NCBI GenBank assembly: GCA_020442185.1 | Contig: JAGRKS010000010.1 | Location: 16,454 to 80,453, forward strand | DNA: 64,000 nt | Reading direction: 5' to 3' | Source of the DNA: Hyphomicrobiaceae bacterium | GTDB taxonomy: Bacteria; Pseudomonadota; Alphaproteobacteria; Rhizobiales; Hyphomicrobiaceae | Part shown: positions 30,191 through 39,962 of the stretch, in pieces | Layout of the letters: the number at the start of each line of letters is the position of its first letter | How positions within the stretch are numbered: position 1 is the stretch's first letter | Translations under genes and position numbers: made by a program | The notes under the pieces: model-generated | What the model saw: the letters and a program-made list of their open reading frames with translations, nothing else | Database searches by the model: none | What the model was told of the DNA's origin: nothing

Positions 30191-30228
30191 GCGCTGCGTC
30201 CGGCCCGCCACTTGCAGCCGGACGCAGC
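30191..30228 (+). terminator. Perfect 13-bp stem-loop immediately after the megasynthase stop codon (terminator-like, no U-tract)
   Basis: CGCTGCGTCCGGC (30191-30203) pairs perfectly with GCCGGACGCAGCG (30216-30228) around a 12-nt loop, 6 nt after the TGA at 30183-30185. The following sequence is AAAATTGG, so it is not a canonical intrinsic terminator. Confidence 0.4.
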
Positions 30229-30602
30229 GAAAATTGGACGCCGCGTCTGCCACGACTTGAGTTCCTTAAATTCGTGAATCCCCCTCGGTGGCAGGCCGGG
30301 CAATGGCTGCTGCGACGTGGAGACGGCTGCCCATCTGGTATCTGGCCCGGCGGCTTCCCTTGTTTGAGCCTTGGATAGGGCTTGCGTCGTGTGGTAGTTG
30401 GAAGACTTCGAACTTCGCGGACAAACGAGGGTTGGGGGGCGCCGCTGCGCCGGCTTCTGGCGCGATACGCGGCGCGCTTCGTCGATGCGGCCGGTCGATG
30501 TGTGGGGCGTGCGAAAATGCCGGGCTCAAAACATGCCGAACCAGATCGCCCCTGTTCTTGCCGTTCGTTCGCCGGTCTAGATTGATGTGAGCATAGTGTG
30601 CG

Positions 30603-30839
30603 ATGGCCACCTGGAATTTCATAGTTGCCGGTATCGTTGGCCTTGCTCTCGGCAGCCGCTATCGCATTGGCGCGCTGATAGGGGCTACCTTGTTGTTTGC
30701 CGCAGCCATGGCCGCGGCATTCTCGATGGGTCGGCTCGGTATCGGGGAGGGCGTACTTGTCTTGGTGACGCTTCAACTCAGCTATTTCGCAGGGCTCGTC
30801 CTGAGCTCGCTATGGCGACGCCGCTCTGGGCTGGACTAG
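30603..30839 (+). CDS. Possible small membrane protein (78 aa, two hydrophobic segments)
   Basis: ATG ORF with two clear hydrophobic stretches (FIVAGIVGLALG..., VLVLVTLQLSYFAGLVLSSL). There is no convincing Shine-Dalgarno sequence and no recognisable family. Confidence 0.35.
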   Translation: MATWNFIVAGIVGLALGSRYRIGALIGATLLFAAAMAAAFSMGRLGIGEGVLVLVTLQLSYFAGLVLSSLWRRRSGLD

Positions 30840-31018
30840 TCTGGCGTACATTGCTCGAAAGTTGAGACCAGCATTGCCGCGCCATCGGTCGGCCATGGCG
30901 CACCGGGCCGCTGGTCGCAGCGGACCGATCTCCGGAGCAAACGACGGACGAGCTATGCCGGGCTGGCCACAGCTCAGCCGTTCCCGACGCCGGTCCTGAC
31001 CATCGCGCTGCCAAGGCC

Positions 31019-31987
31019 TCACGACGTGCTGGCTGGTCGCATGACGGCCGGTATGGTTTTCAGGAGAATGACAACATCGGTAAGGAAGCTCCAATTGCGC
31101 ACGTAGTGCGCATCGAGGGCTACGCGGGCATCGTATGTCAGGCTATTGCGGCCGCTCACCTGCCATAGACCACTGATGCCCGGGCGGGCGCGCATGTAGT
31201 GCGCCATGTCGGCGCCATAGCGCTCGACCTCGCTGTCGACGATCGGGCGAGGTCCGACGCAGCTCATATCGCCTTTCAGGACATTCAGCAGTTGCGGCAA
31301 CTCGTCGATGCTCGACTTGCGCATGATGTGGCCGAGAAAGGTGACGCGAGGATCGTGCTTGAGTTTCTGATTCTCGCGCCACTCGTTCGCGGCTTCCGAA
31401 TTGGAGGCAAGGTAGTCGCGAAGAACGCCGTCTGCATTCGGAACCATCGTGCAAAACTTGTAGCAATAAAACTTCCGTCCTGAAAAACCGATCCGCTCAT
31501 GCTTGAATATGACAGTGTTCCGTTGGGTCACCCAGATCAGTGCCGCAACGGTCAAAATTAGCGGGGAAAACAGCAAGAGGACGGTCGAGGCAACGGCGAT
31601 ATCGAACGCGCGCTTCACCCGGCCGCCAATGGGGATCTCGGGCGTGTGGCCGTCGGAATATCTCTCACGGCGCGCTCCCATCATCCATGGCCGCTCCGAC
31701 TGGAAGATCGGTGGCGCCTGCGCGCTCAATCGCCCTCCAGGAACGTCAACACTTTCGAACTTGCCCGCGATACTCATCTCTGATCCAAAAAATGCTGGTG
31801 AGAAACTGCTCGTCCAAGCGTCGGCCGTGGGTTGCTCGTCGCCACGTCGGAGAGGGGTCGCTGACCTCGCAGTCATGGTCCTGTTCACTTGCCCTCCGCG
31901 GCTCGATCCGCTTACTGCATCCAGCCTCTGCGCCGAGCCGCAATGTGCAGCTGCCTCATCCTCGTCCAACATGTCCGCGTCCAACAT
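31019..31987 (-). CDS. Priming sugar-phosphate transferase (Bac_transf; ExoY/WbaP C-terminal type)
   Basis: Contains [72 protein letters not shown]. Coordinates are the maximal ORF. An internal ATG at 31684 (GGAG upstream) would give an ExoY-sized protein of 221 aa. Confidence 0.85.
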   Translation of the reverse strand: MLDADMLDEDEAAAHCGSAQRLDAVSGSSRGGQVNRTMTARSATPLRRGDEQPTADAWTSSFSPAFFGSEMSIAGKFESVDVPGGRLSAQAPPIFQSERPWMMGARRERYSDGHTPEIPIGGRVKRAFDIAVASTVLLLFSPLILTVAALIWVTQRNTVIFKHERIGFSGRKFYCYKFCTMVPNADGVLRDYLASNSEAANEWRENQKLKHDPRVTFLGHIMRKSSIDELPQLLNVLKGDMSCVGPRPIVDSEVERYGADMAHYMRARPGISGLWQVSGRNSLTYDARVALDAHYVRNWSFLTDVVILLKTIPAVMRPASTS

Positions 31988-32329
31988 CGACGCGTCGAAC
32001 GACTAGCCGCGTGGGACCTTCGCAATTCTTCTGCGTTTCGAGAGGTTGCGGCAAGGCTTTCAAAGGACGTAGCGGCGACGTGTCAGGCACCTTTGCTTAA
32101 CACTTACGGGGGGCTTTTGAGCGTTTGACACCGTGCTTCGGCAATCGGCACCAGCGGGTTGCAATTTGGCGCGAGCGCAACGGGGCACGCCCCATGGCGC
32201 ATTTCAGATGGTGCGCGGTATTCCACGGTGCGGCAGGCTGCGGAAATGGCGATCGACCGAGACCGCCCGAGGGCTCTTGCGCTGGAATTTGGCGGGTGTT
32301 TTTAGCTGAATAAGTCAGCTGAATAAGAA

Positions 32330-32359
32330 TGTGAGCGGAACCTTATGGCGCCGCTCACA
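32330..32359 (-). terminator. Probable intrinsic terminator downstream of the LuxR-type regulator gene
   Basis: A 9-bp stem, TGTGAGCGG (32330-32338) with CCGCTCACA (32351-32359), around a 12-nt loop. It lies about 35 nt past the stop at 32394. On the minus strand it is followed by the T-rich ATTCTTATTC. Confidence 0.45.
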
Positions 32360-32393
32360 GCTTTCAGTTTCAGCACCGCATCAAGAGCATCGT

Positions 32394-33146
32394 TCAGCCG
32401 GAAAGCTGGACGTCGCCGTTGAGGAAACCATTGGCCAGGAAAGCAACTTCCGTCCGATTTTTGGCTTTGAGCTTCTTCATGATGCTGCGCACATGCACTT
32501 TGACTGTACTTTCGCGCATGTTGAGTTCGTAGGCGATGATCTTGTTGGCCTTTCCGCGGCGCAGTGCTTCGACGACAGCCGCCTGCCGCGCCGTGAAGAT
32601 GCCGTTGTAGAACCGTTGCGGGCTGGCTTCGTCCGGTGCGCGTTTTGCCGCCATCAAGCCGCTGGCCGGCACATAAACGCCACCTGCCTGGACGAGCCGC
32701 AACGCTTCGACAGCGATCTTCAGCGGTAGGCTCGTCGTGATGTATCCGCGTGCTCCGTGATCGAGGGCTTCGACAATATCGTCGAGGTCCTCGTCGTCCG
32801 ACAGCAACGCCATCGGGATGTCTTCGGTCGAATGCGTGAGAAGCGCGATTTCTTCCTCGATCGCCGCGTCGGTCAACTTGCGTCCGATGGAGTACACGAC
32901 GATCGAAGTGTTTTCGTAGTCTTTGGATCCGAGCCAGCGATCGACCGTCGGATAGGTGACGACGCGATCTTGGCAGTGGGCTCGCAAACTTTCGGTAAGG
33001 CAATCCCTGATAAGTGTTCGCTTCTCGATGAGGGCAATTACTTTGGTGGTAACAGTGTCGAGGATCGTTCTACTTCCCGCATTTCTTTGGTTAATTTCTT
33101 CGTCCGATGAATTGCATTGCGATAATTGAAGCTTACTTGCAGGCAT
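32394..33146 (-). CDS. LuxR/FixJ-family transcriptional regulator with an atypical (probably non-phosphorylatable) receiver domain
   Basis: 250 aa with a strong AGGAG upstream of ATG 33146. C-terminal GerE/LuxR HTH: TARQAAVVEALRRGKANKIIAYELNMRESTVKVHVRSIMKKLKAKNRTE. The N-terminal receiver-like fold lacks the usual acidic pocket (see finding). Confidence 0.85.
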   Translation of the reverse strand: MPASKLQLSQCNSSDEEINQRNAGSRTILDTVTTKVIALIEKRTLIRDCLTESLRAHCQDRVVTYPTVDRWLGSKDYENTSIVVYSIGRKLTDAAIEEEIALLTHSTEDIPMALLSDDEDLDDIVEALDHGARGYITTSLPLKIAVEALRLVQAGGVYVPASGLMAAKRAPDEASPQRFYNGIFTARQAAVVEALRRGKANKIIAYELNMRESTVKVHVRSIMKKLKAKNRTEVAFLANGFLNGDVQLSG

Positions 33147-33433
33147 TTCACACTCCTGCTCTGAAAATTAGGACTAGACTAGACGAAACCGGGGGGAGTT
33201 CGCCTGTTTTCATGTGCTTTCATTGCACATAATGGCCATTGTTAACATGCCGTTGAAACCGGACAAGCAATTTATTGATAGAGGTGCTGCCTCCTCGGCG
33301 GTATTCGTGTTGACCGCAAGTGGTAGAGGCAGTTTTGGCACAGTTTTTCTGCGTATTCATGATCGTTTGAGTGCCGAAGGTTCGAGTGATTACTAATCCG
33401 GCCCAATGCGCACGATCGCGGTGTGCAGGAGCC
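33147..33433. promoter_or_regulatory. AT-rich intergenic region upstream of the LuxR-type regulator gene
   Basis: The most AT-rich non-coding stretch seen in the window (for example TTTCATTGCACATAATGGCCATTGTTAACATGCC). It lies directly upstream of a regulator gene with a strong RBS. No boxes were assigned. Confidence 0.4.
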
Positions 33434-34954
33434 TCACGCCTCGAGCGTCGTCGGGTCGATGACGAGGAAGTCGGGCGTCGAAACGATGAACTTCCCGCCC
33501 CACTCCTTGATGAAGTGGAGCTCCTTCATCAATTCGCCTTGCAGGTGCCAAGGCAGGATCAATACGAAGTCCGGCTTGGTGGCGCGGAGGGCTTCCGGCG
33601 GCATGATGGGGATGCGCTTGCCGGGTGTGAACCGGCCATGCTGGTTCGGGTCGCTGTCGATCAGAAAGTCGAGGAAATCGGGGCCAATCCCGCAAAAATG
33701 GAAGAGCGTGTTGGCGTGGCTCGGCGTGCCGCAACCGCAGATCGTCTGGCCGGAGTTGCGGCTCGATATCAGGAACGACAGCAGCTTTCGCTTGAGCGCT
33801 TGAGAGCGTTGCGAAAAGCTCGTGTAGGTCTTGAGGTCGAATATGCCGCTCTTGCGTTCGTGGCCAAGAATGCGCGCCACGGAATTGTTGAGGGGTCTCG
33901 CCGAGGATGAGTGAGAAAGAAGCACGCGGAGCGAACCTCCGTCATGTGAAAGTTCGTGCGCCTCGGTAATCTTGAGCTTGTGCCTGCCCACCAATCTTTC
34001 GAGCGTACTGAGTGACAAGTACGACAGTTGGTCATGGTGGATGGCATCGAATTGAGTATCGACGATAAGCCTTTCGGCGTAGGGGAACTCGAGAATTGCG
34101 ACACCGCGCGGTTTCAGCAGCCGCGCGATCCCTGCGACGAGGTCGTGCAGGTCCGGCACTTGGGCAATCACATCGCCGCCGATTATGACGTCGCCCAGCT
34201 TGCCGCGCGCAGCGAGTTCGCGCGCCAGCTTCTCGGTGAAGGTCTCGACGCGGGTCGCGATGCCGCTGTCTATCGACTGGTGCGCCGACCGCTGGTGCGG
34301 GTCGATGCTCAGGACCGGGACGTCTAATTCCTTGATGTGTGGTAGAAAATTTCCATGCCCGCCGATTTCGATTGCAAGTGAATCGGGGCCGAGATTGAGC
34401 CGCTTGACGATTGTGCGGGAGAAGCGGCGATGGTCCTGGAGCCGTCGTGGGCTCGCCGCCGGAAGTCCTGCATATTCGCTCAGCATTTCAGCCGGCGGCA
34501 GCACATCCTTGAGCTGCACCAGGTAGCAATTGCTGCACACAAGGGCGTGAAGAGGGTAGTAGCGCTCCATCGACGCGAGATCGTCGCGCGTCAGCGAAGT
34601 TCCGCGCAATGGCGACATCCCGAGATCAACGAATGTGGTGGTGATGTCCGCATTACAGAGCCTGCAGGTTCCGAGCCGTTGTTTGATCAACGCAGGGGGC
34701 TGCGGCGTGCGCTTGCGTGAAACCTTCTTCGGCCGAGCCTTGGCTGCCGGTTCGGGCTTTTTCTGCGGCTTCTTCTTCTTTTTTTTCTGCTCTGGTTTTC
34801 GACCCGGCTTTTTGGTGGTCTTCCGTACCGCCAGCAAAGGTCCGATTGGCGGAAGGCCTAAGATGGTGGCCTCGGTTTGACCGGGGAAGGATTGCTCTCC
34901 CGTTTCGCCGGTGCGCGTGCCGTCGGCGGACGCACTCCTGACGCCGGGCATCAT
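33434..34954 (-). CDS. Class I SAM-dependent methyltransferase of the NDP-sugar C-methyltransferase type (Zn-ribbon + MTase + C-terminal domain) with a Lys-rich N-terminal extension
   Basis: 506 aa. Zn-ribbon: CRLCNADITTTFVDLGMSPL...LVCSNCYLVQL. MTase core: LAIEIGGHGNFL. C-terminal domain: FIVSTPDF. The start ATG 34954 lies 3 nt after the upstream stop, so the basic N-terminal 90 aa is probably translated. Confidence 0.85.
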   Translation of the reverse strand: MMPGVRSASADGTRTGETGEQSFPGQTEATILGLPPIGPLLAVRKTTKKPGRKPEQKKKKKKPQKKPEPAAKARPKKVSRKRTPQPPALIKQRLGTCRLCNADITTTFVDLGMSPLRGTSLTRDDLASMERYYPLHALVCSNCYLVQLKDVLPPAEMLSEYAGLPAASPRRLQDHRRFSRTIVKRLNLGPDSLAIEIGGHGNFLPHIKELDVPVLSIDPHQRSAHQSIDSGIATRVETFTEKLARELAARGKLGDVIIGGDVIAQVPDLHDLVAGIARLLKPRGVAILEFPYAERLIVDTQFDAIHHDQLSYLSLSTLERLVGRHKLKITEAHELSHDGGSLRVLLSHSSSARPLNNSVARILGHERKSGIFDLKTYTSFSQRSQALKRKLLSFLISSRNSGQTICGCGTPSHANTLFHFCGIGPDFLDFLIDSDPNQHGRFTPGKRIPIMPPEALRATKPDFVLILPWHLQGELMKELHFIKEWGGKFIVSTPDFLVIDPTTLEA

Positions 34955-34957
34955 GAC

Positions 34958-36985
34958 CTACCTCATCCGTGAGATGGACGAGACGCCAGGCAAACGGGCC
35001 TTATCTTCGGATCGCGCCATGGCGATCAAGGCGTCGCGATGCTGTCTGAACTCGTCGGAGGCGATGATGAGCGCGTAGAATTCGCGCCGGCTGATGCGGC
35101 CCTGGCTGAGGGATGTCGCGTAGGAGTTATGGCTCGCTGCGTCGGGATCGCGTCCGAGCAGCAGGCGATAGCAGAGAGTCACGAAGTCCTGGTTCGTCAA
35201 CGCATCTATGCGATACCGGCTCATGAATTCGCTGGAGTAGAGCAGCCGCAGGAGCAATCCGTCGAAGCTCAGTCCGTTTTTCACGGCATCGGACCAGGCC
35301 AGCAAACCGTGCCCGTCGGGCCAACGGCCGAGAACGAGGCAATAGGCGAGCAGGGTCTTCTCGCGCGCAGTATTTGTTTCTTTCACGGCGCCGGGGGTGC
35401 AGTGACGGCGGGCTTCGGGAACGGGCGGCGGCAACGCTTGAGCCGTCTGCTTCTTGGCAATGGGTTTGTAGAGCGTATCGTGACGCACGCGGAATTCCCT
35501 CGAGCCGATGAGCCGCTTGACGAACGCGGTTCGGCCGCCTCCCGCCCCAACAGTCGCCGCCAGTGCCTTGAGCGCGGCATTTCTCACGATGTCGGGCGGT
35601 ACGTGATCGAGCAGAAGTTCGTGCATGCCGACGATGAAGGCCTCGTCCGTCTGTCGGTCGACGTCGAATTTGCGCTGAAACTCGTCACTCGCGAGAAGTT
35701 CGAGAACCAGCCCCTCGACATCGAGTTCGTCATGAATTCGCTTCGTATAGGCGGTCAGACCTGCGCCGTCTGCCGCTCGGCCGAGCACCAGACAGTAGGC
35801 GTAGGTGACGAGTGCCGTCGCTGATACGCTTTTGCCGCCCTTCACCGGCACCATGCTGCAGGTCCGCACCGACGTGATTTTCGGCGGCGGGGCAACGGGT
35901 TCGATGATCGAGGGCGTGCCCGGGCCGATGAGTTCGCGCAGCGCGGCATACGCTGGTTTCGTCGCTCCAGCGGCCCAGCCCGTGCCGCGACGTTCGAGCT
36001 GCACGAGCCCCATGTACGCTTCGTGGTGCGGCGCCCAGTACGTCTGATCGAGCAACTCGTAGACATGGGCCGCTTCGATCCTGTAGCGCTTGCTGAGTTC
36101 CTTCAGACGTTTCGCCGTCGCAACCAAACCCTGCGCCTGAACGTTGGCGCCTTTCTGGCTGCCAAAGGCGGCATTGAACTCGGTGATCCAGATCGGACGG
36201 CCGTAGGCGTCGAGTTCCTTGAGTGCCCATTCCGGATCCTGCCCATACATGTGCCAGACGGTGATTTCCCAGGGAACGCGATCCTGCTGCAATCGCTTGA
36301 AAGCGCCCACGTGGCCCCATCCGGCAGTGCCGATCGCGCGCGTTGCCGCCGGGTCCGCCGCCTTGACGCCGCGTGCCAGCCCCTTCAGCACCGCACTGAC
36401 CTTGCTCCAGCGCCCACCGTGATAGTCTAGCGCGATCGTGCCGCCGGCGGGCCCAAAGGAGCAATCGTAGATCGAACCGTCGTCACGCTTTTCGCAGGGT
36501 TGCAGGATCGCGTAGTTCTCGAGTTCGTTGCCAAGCTCCCACACGCGGATCTCGCCCTTGAAGGGCCTGACCATCGCTACCGCCAGATCGTGGGCCCTCT
36601 GTTCGAGCGCCTCGGGGGTTGATTTTTCGAAATCGAGCCGCGGTGTGATGACTGGCAGGATCTCGATGCCGCGGGCTTTGGCGGCGTCGAGCAAAGGTCG
36701 CATCCGTTTCGACGCGCGGATGTCCGGCACGTCGACGCGATAGGATTTCATACCGAGATCGACGATGTAATCCAGTTGTCGTTGAATGGAGACGCCCGGA
36801 TAGGAGACGAGCGGGTGACCGTTCACGCCCCAAGCAATATCGGCACGGGCCGTCCCGGCGAGACACGATATCGCGCAGAATACGGCGAAGGCCCGACGCA
36901 GCGTTTGGCCCGAAGCCTCATATCTCAGCATTGCAATCGTTCGCTTCTCTGTGCCCTTGAACGGGCATTGCTGTTTCTTCGGCAT
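34958..36985 (-). CDS. Secreted clan GH-A glycoside hydrolase-like protein with four DUF4214-like repeats (candidate EPS glycanase)
   Basis: Signal peptide FAVFCAISCLAGTARA; an alternative start is ATG 36931. TIM-barrel markers are VWELGNELEN (acid/base NE) and PIWITEFNAA (nucleophile E). Four C-terminal repeats have the form LLGR-x-D/PD-x-G...SDEF (DUF4214-like). Confidence 0.72.
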   Translation of the reverse strand: MPKKQQCPFKGTEKRTIAMLRYEASGQTLRRAFAVFCAISCLAGTARADIAWGVNGHPLVSYPGVSIQRQLDYIVDLGMKSYRVDVPDIRASKRMRPLLDAAKARGIEILPVITPRLDFEKSTPEALEQRAHDLAVAMVRPFKGEIRVWELGNELENYAILQPCEKRDDGSIYDCSFGPAGGTIALDYHGGRWSKVSAVLKGLARGVKAADPAATRAIGTAGWGHVGAFKRLQQDRVPWEITVWHMYGQDPEWALKELDAYGRPIWITEFNAAFGSQKGANVQAQGLVATAKRLKELSKRYRIEAAHVYELLDQTYWAPHHEAYMGLVQLERRGTGWAAGATKPAYAALRELIGPGTPSIIEPVAPPPKITSVRTCSMVPVKGGKSVSATALVTYAYCLVLGRAADGAGLTAYTKRIHDELDVEGLVLELLASDEFQRKFDVDRQTDEAFIVGMHELLLDHVPPDIVRNAALKALAATVGAGGGRTAFVKRLIGSREFRVRHDTLYKPIAKKQTAQALPPPVPEARRHCTPGAVKETNTAREKTLLAYCLVLGRWPDGHGLLAWSDAVKNGLSFDGLLLRLLYSSEFMSRYRIDALTNQDFVTLCYRLLLGRDPDAASHNSYATSLSQGRISRREFYALIIASDEFRQHRDALIAMARSEDKARLPGVSSISRMR

Positions 36986-37433
36986 CGATCAGGATGCGAT
37001 GGCTGCAAATGGAGTTCGACGTCGACATCCGTCGAACCGATGCTACCTATTCGGCGAGTTCGATAACGCTGCCTACCTCCAAGGGCGGTCGCCGGGCGCT
37101 ATTGGATGGCGTCGCCGCATCGCACTTACGTCCTACGAGGCCTGCATCGAATTTCGCCGCAGCATTTTTCCAAGCCGTCCTCGTCGTGTGTCGCCGCCGG
37201 CGTGATCCTTGACATGAGCCCGCGTTGCGGCTTCCGGTGACAGCTTTCCGCGGCGGATAAATCGATGGGTGAGGGTCTTTCCTGATGCCGACATACCGCC
37301 CCCCGATGTAGGTTTGCATCTTGCGCTGCGATAGCGCTGGCCTGCCCTTCTCACAAAGGTGTGGGCCGTCATCGCACTGACGCGCGCATCGGCGCGCGAA
37401 CCGGCGCGCGCACGGACAGGTTGAGGAGCAGCA

Positions 37434-39767
37434 ATGACGAACATCTTCGCCCGCATCGCCAGGGAACTCGGGATCGACACGGTACAGGTCGCGGCGGCGG
37501 CGGCATTGTTCGCGGAAGGCGCCACGGTGCCGTTCGTTGCCCGGTATCGCAAGGAAAAGACCGGCGGCCTCGACGATACGCAGCTGCGCAAGCTCGATGA
37601 GCGGCTCGGATACTTGCGTCAGCTCGAGGACCGCCGCGTCACGGTCGTGAATTCGATCGCCGAGCAGGGCAAGTTAACTCCGGAATTGAAGCGCGCGATT
37701 GAGGCGGCGGAAAGCAAGGTCGAGCTCGAGGACCTCTATGCTCCGTTCAAGCCGAAGAGAAGGACGAAGGCGCAGATCGCCCGCGAGAGTGGTCTTGAGC
37801 CGCTGGCTGATGCGCTGCTGGCGCAGCCTGTTCTCGTTCCCGAAAGAGAGGCTGAAAAATATGTCGACGTCGCGAAAGGCGTCGCCGACGTTCGCGCCGC
37901 GCTCGAAGGAGCGCGTTCTATCGTCATCGAACGCATCGGCGAGAATGCTCGCCTGGTCGGTGATCTGCGTGAGCAGCTGTGGCGCCAGGGTCGGATGTCG
38001 TCGAAAGCTGTGAAGGGAAAGATGACCGACGGTGCCAAGTTTTCCGACTATTTTGATTTCTCCCAGACGATGCGGGATTTGCCGTCGCACCGCGCACTTG
38101 CGATTCTGCGTGGCGGAAACGAGGGGGTTCTTACACTTGATCTCGATTTCGCCGTCGAGCCAGGTCATCCGCATCCGGCCGAAGCGAAGATCAAGTCGGC
38201 ATTTCAGATCGCCGATCGCGGCAGGCCTGGGGATGGTTGGCTCATCGAATGTGCCAGACAGGCTTGGAAGTCAAAGCTGCACAAGTCGCTCACGACAGAC
38301 CTCATCGCCCGCATCAAGGAACGCGCCGACGCGGCAGCGATCGACGTCTTCAAGGCGAATTTGAAGGATCTGCTGTTGGCGGCACCGGGTGGCCCGCGAG
38401 TCACGATGGGACTCGATCCAGGTATTCGCACCGGCGTCAAAGTGGCGGTGGTGGATCGCACGGGCAAGCTGGTCGATACGGCGGTCGTCTATCCGCACGA
38501 GCCGAGACGGGACTGGAGCGAGGCGATTGCCACGCTCGGTACACTGTGCATCAAACACGGCGTCGAAGTCATCGCGATCGGCAACGGTACGGCGAGCCGT
38601 GAGACCGACCGGCTGGCAGCCGATCTCATCAAGACGATGCCGACGGGAAGGCCGCAGAAGGTCATGGTCTCGGAGGCGGGCGCATCGGTTTATTCGGCGT
38701 CGGAACTCGCAGCCAAGGAGTTTCCCGATCTCGATGTCAGTTTGCGTGGTGCCGTTTCGATCGCGCGGCGCCTGCAGGACCCGCTTGCCGAACTCGTCAA
38801 GATCGAACCCAAGGCGATCGGCGTCGGCCAGTATCAGCACGATGTCGACCAGGGCGATCTGCAACGCTCGCTGGACGCCGCGGTCGAAGACTGCGTCAAC
38901 GCCGTCGGCGTCGATGTCAACATGGCGTCGGCACCGCTGCTGGCGCGCGTTGCGGGCCTCAACACGACGATCGCCCAGAACATCGTTGTGCACAGGGATG
39001 CCAATGGTGTTTTCAAGAAGCGGTCGGACATCAAGAAGGTGGCGCGTCTCGGCCCGAAAGCGTACGAACAGGCGGCAGGCTTCCTGCGCATCATGAACGG
39101 GGCAAATCCGCTCGATGCATCGGCCGTCCATCCCGAAGCCTATGTCGTTGTCGAGCGTATCGCCGAGGCAACGAGAAAGCCGGTCAAGGCCATCATCGGC
39201 GACACGCAATTCCTGCGTTCGCTCCGTCCGGAAAAATTCGCGGATGCGCACTTCGGCATCCCAACCGTCACCGACATCCTTGTGGAGCTGGAGAAACCGG
39301 GGCGCGATCCCCGCCCGGAATTCAAGACGGCGTCGTTCGAAGAGGGCGTCGAGAAAATATCGGATCTTCGCGCTGGGATGGCGCTCGAGGGCGTTGTCAC
39401 GAACGTCACCGCGTTCGGAGCATTCGTGGATGTCGGGGTTCACCAGGATGGATTGGTGCACGTATCGGAACTCGCCGACCGCTTCGTCAAGGACCCGAGA
39501 GAGATCGTGAAGGCAGGCGACGTCGTCAGGGTGCGGGTCAAGGACGTTGATGTCGACCGCAAGCGGATCGCACTCACGATGAGGACCGGCGCCATCGAGA
39601 CGCACGCGACGAGGACCGGCGCGGCGGATCGCGAAGCGGCAGGCGGCAAGAACCGCGCTGGCGGGGCAAATACCGGTCTGCGGCCGCAAAACCAATCAGC
39701 GGGTTCCCGCAAACCGGAGGGCGAATCCGCGTTGGCGGCAGCACTCCGCCGGGCGCGTGAGACCTGA
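37434..39767 (+). CDS. tex: Tex transcription accessory protein (YqgF/HhH/S1 domains)
   Basis: 777 aa. The N-terminus [17 protein letters not shown] is highly characteristic of Tex. The C-terminal S1 domain reads [30 protein letters not shown]. Confidence 0.95.
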   Translation: MTNIFARIARELGIDTVQVAAAAALFAEGATVPFVARYRKEKTGGLDDTQLRKLDERLGYLRQLEDRRVTVVNSIAEQGKLTPELKRAIEAAESKVELEDLYAPFKPKRRTKAQIARESGLEPLADALLAQPVLVPEREAEKYVDVAKGVADVRAALEGARSIVIERIGENARLVGDLREQLWRQGRMSSKAVKGKMTDGAKFSDYFDFSQTMRDLPSHRALAILRGGNEGVLTLDLDFAVEPGHPHPAEAKIKSAFQIADRGRPGDGWLIECARQAWKSKLHKSLTTDLIARIKERADAAAIDVFKANLKDLLLAAPGGPRVTMGLDPGIRTGVKVAVVDRTGKLVDTAVVYPHEPRRDWSEAIATLGTLCIKHGVEVIAIGNGTASRETDRLAADLIKTMPTGRPQKVMVSEAGASVYSASELAAKEFPDLDVSLRGAVSIARRLQDPLAELVKIEPKAIGVGQYQHDVDQGDLQRSLDAAVEDCVNAVGVDVNMASAPLLARVAGLNTTIAQNIVVHRDANGVFKKRSDIKKVARLGPKAYEQAAGFLRIMNGANPLDASAVHPEAYVVVERIAEATRKPVKAIIGDTQFLRSLRPEKFADAHFGIPTVTDILVELEKPGRDPRPEFKTASFEEGVEKISDLRAGMALEGVVTNVTAFGAFVDVGVHQDGLVHVSELADRFVKDPREIVKAGDVVRVRVKDVDVDRKRIALTMRTGAIETHATRTGAADREAAGGKNRAGGANTGLRPQNQSAGSRKPEGESALAAALRRARET

Positions 39768-39962
39768 GACCGCGTTTTCCTGGCATGACGGACGTCGAGG
39801 TGCGTCTGTCGCTTGGCCGCGGTCGGCCGCTCTGCCGGTTGGGCATGGTTGTCGGGCGGTCGGCGGTGGGACGCCAGCGCATCGAGCCCCTGGGCGTGGC
39901 ATCCCGAAGCGGTATCCTATTCCCTGGCTGATGCATGGGCACCAGGCGTCACGGCGGGAACC

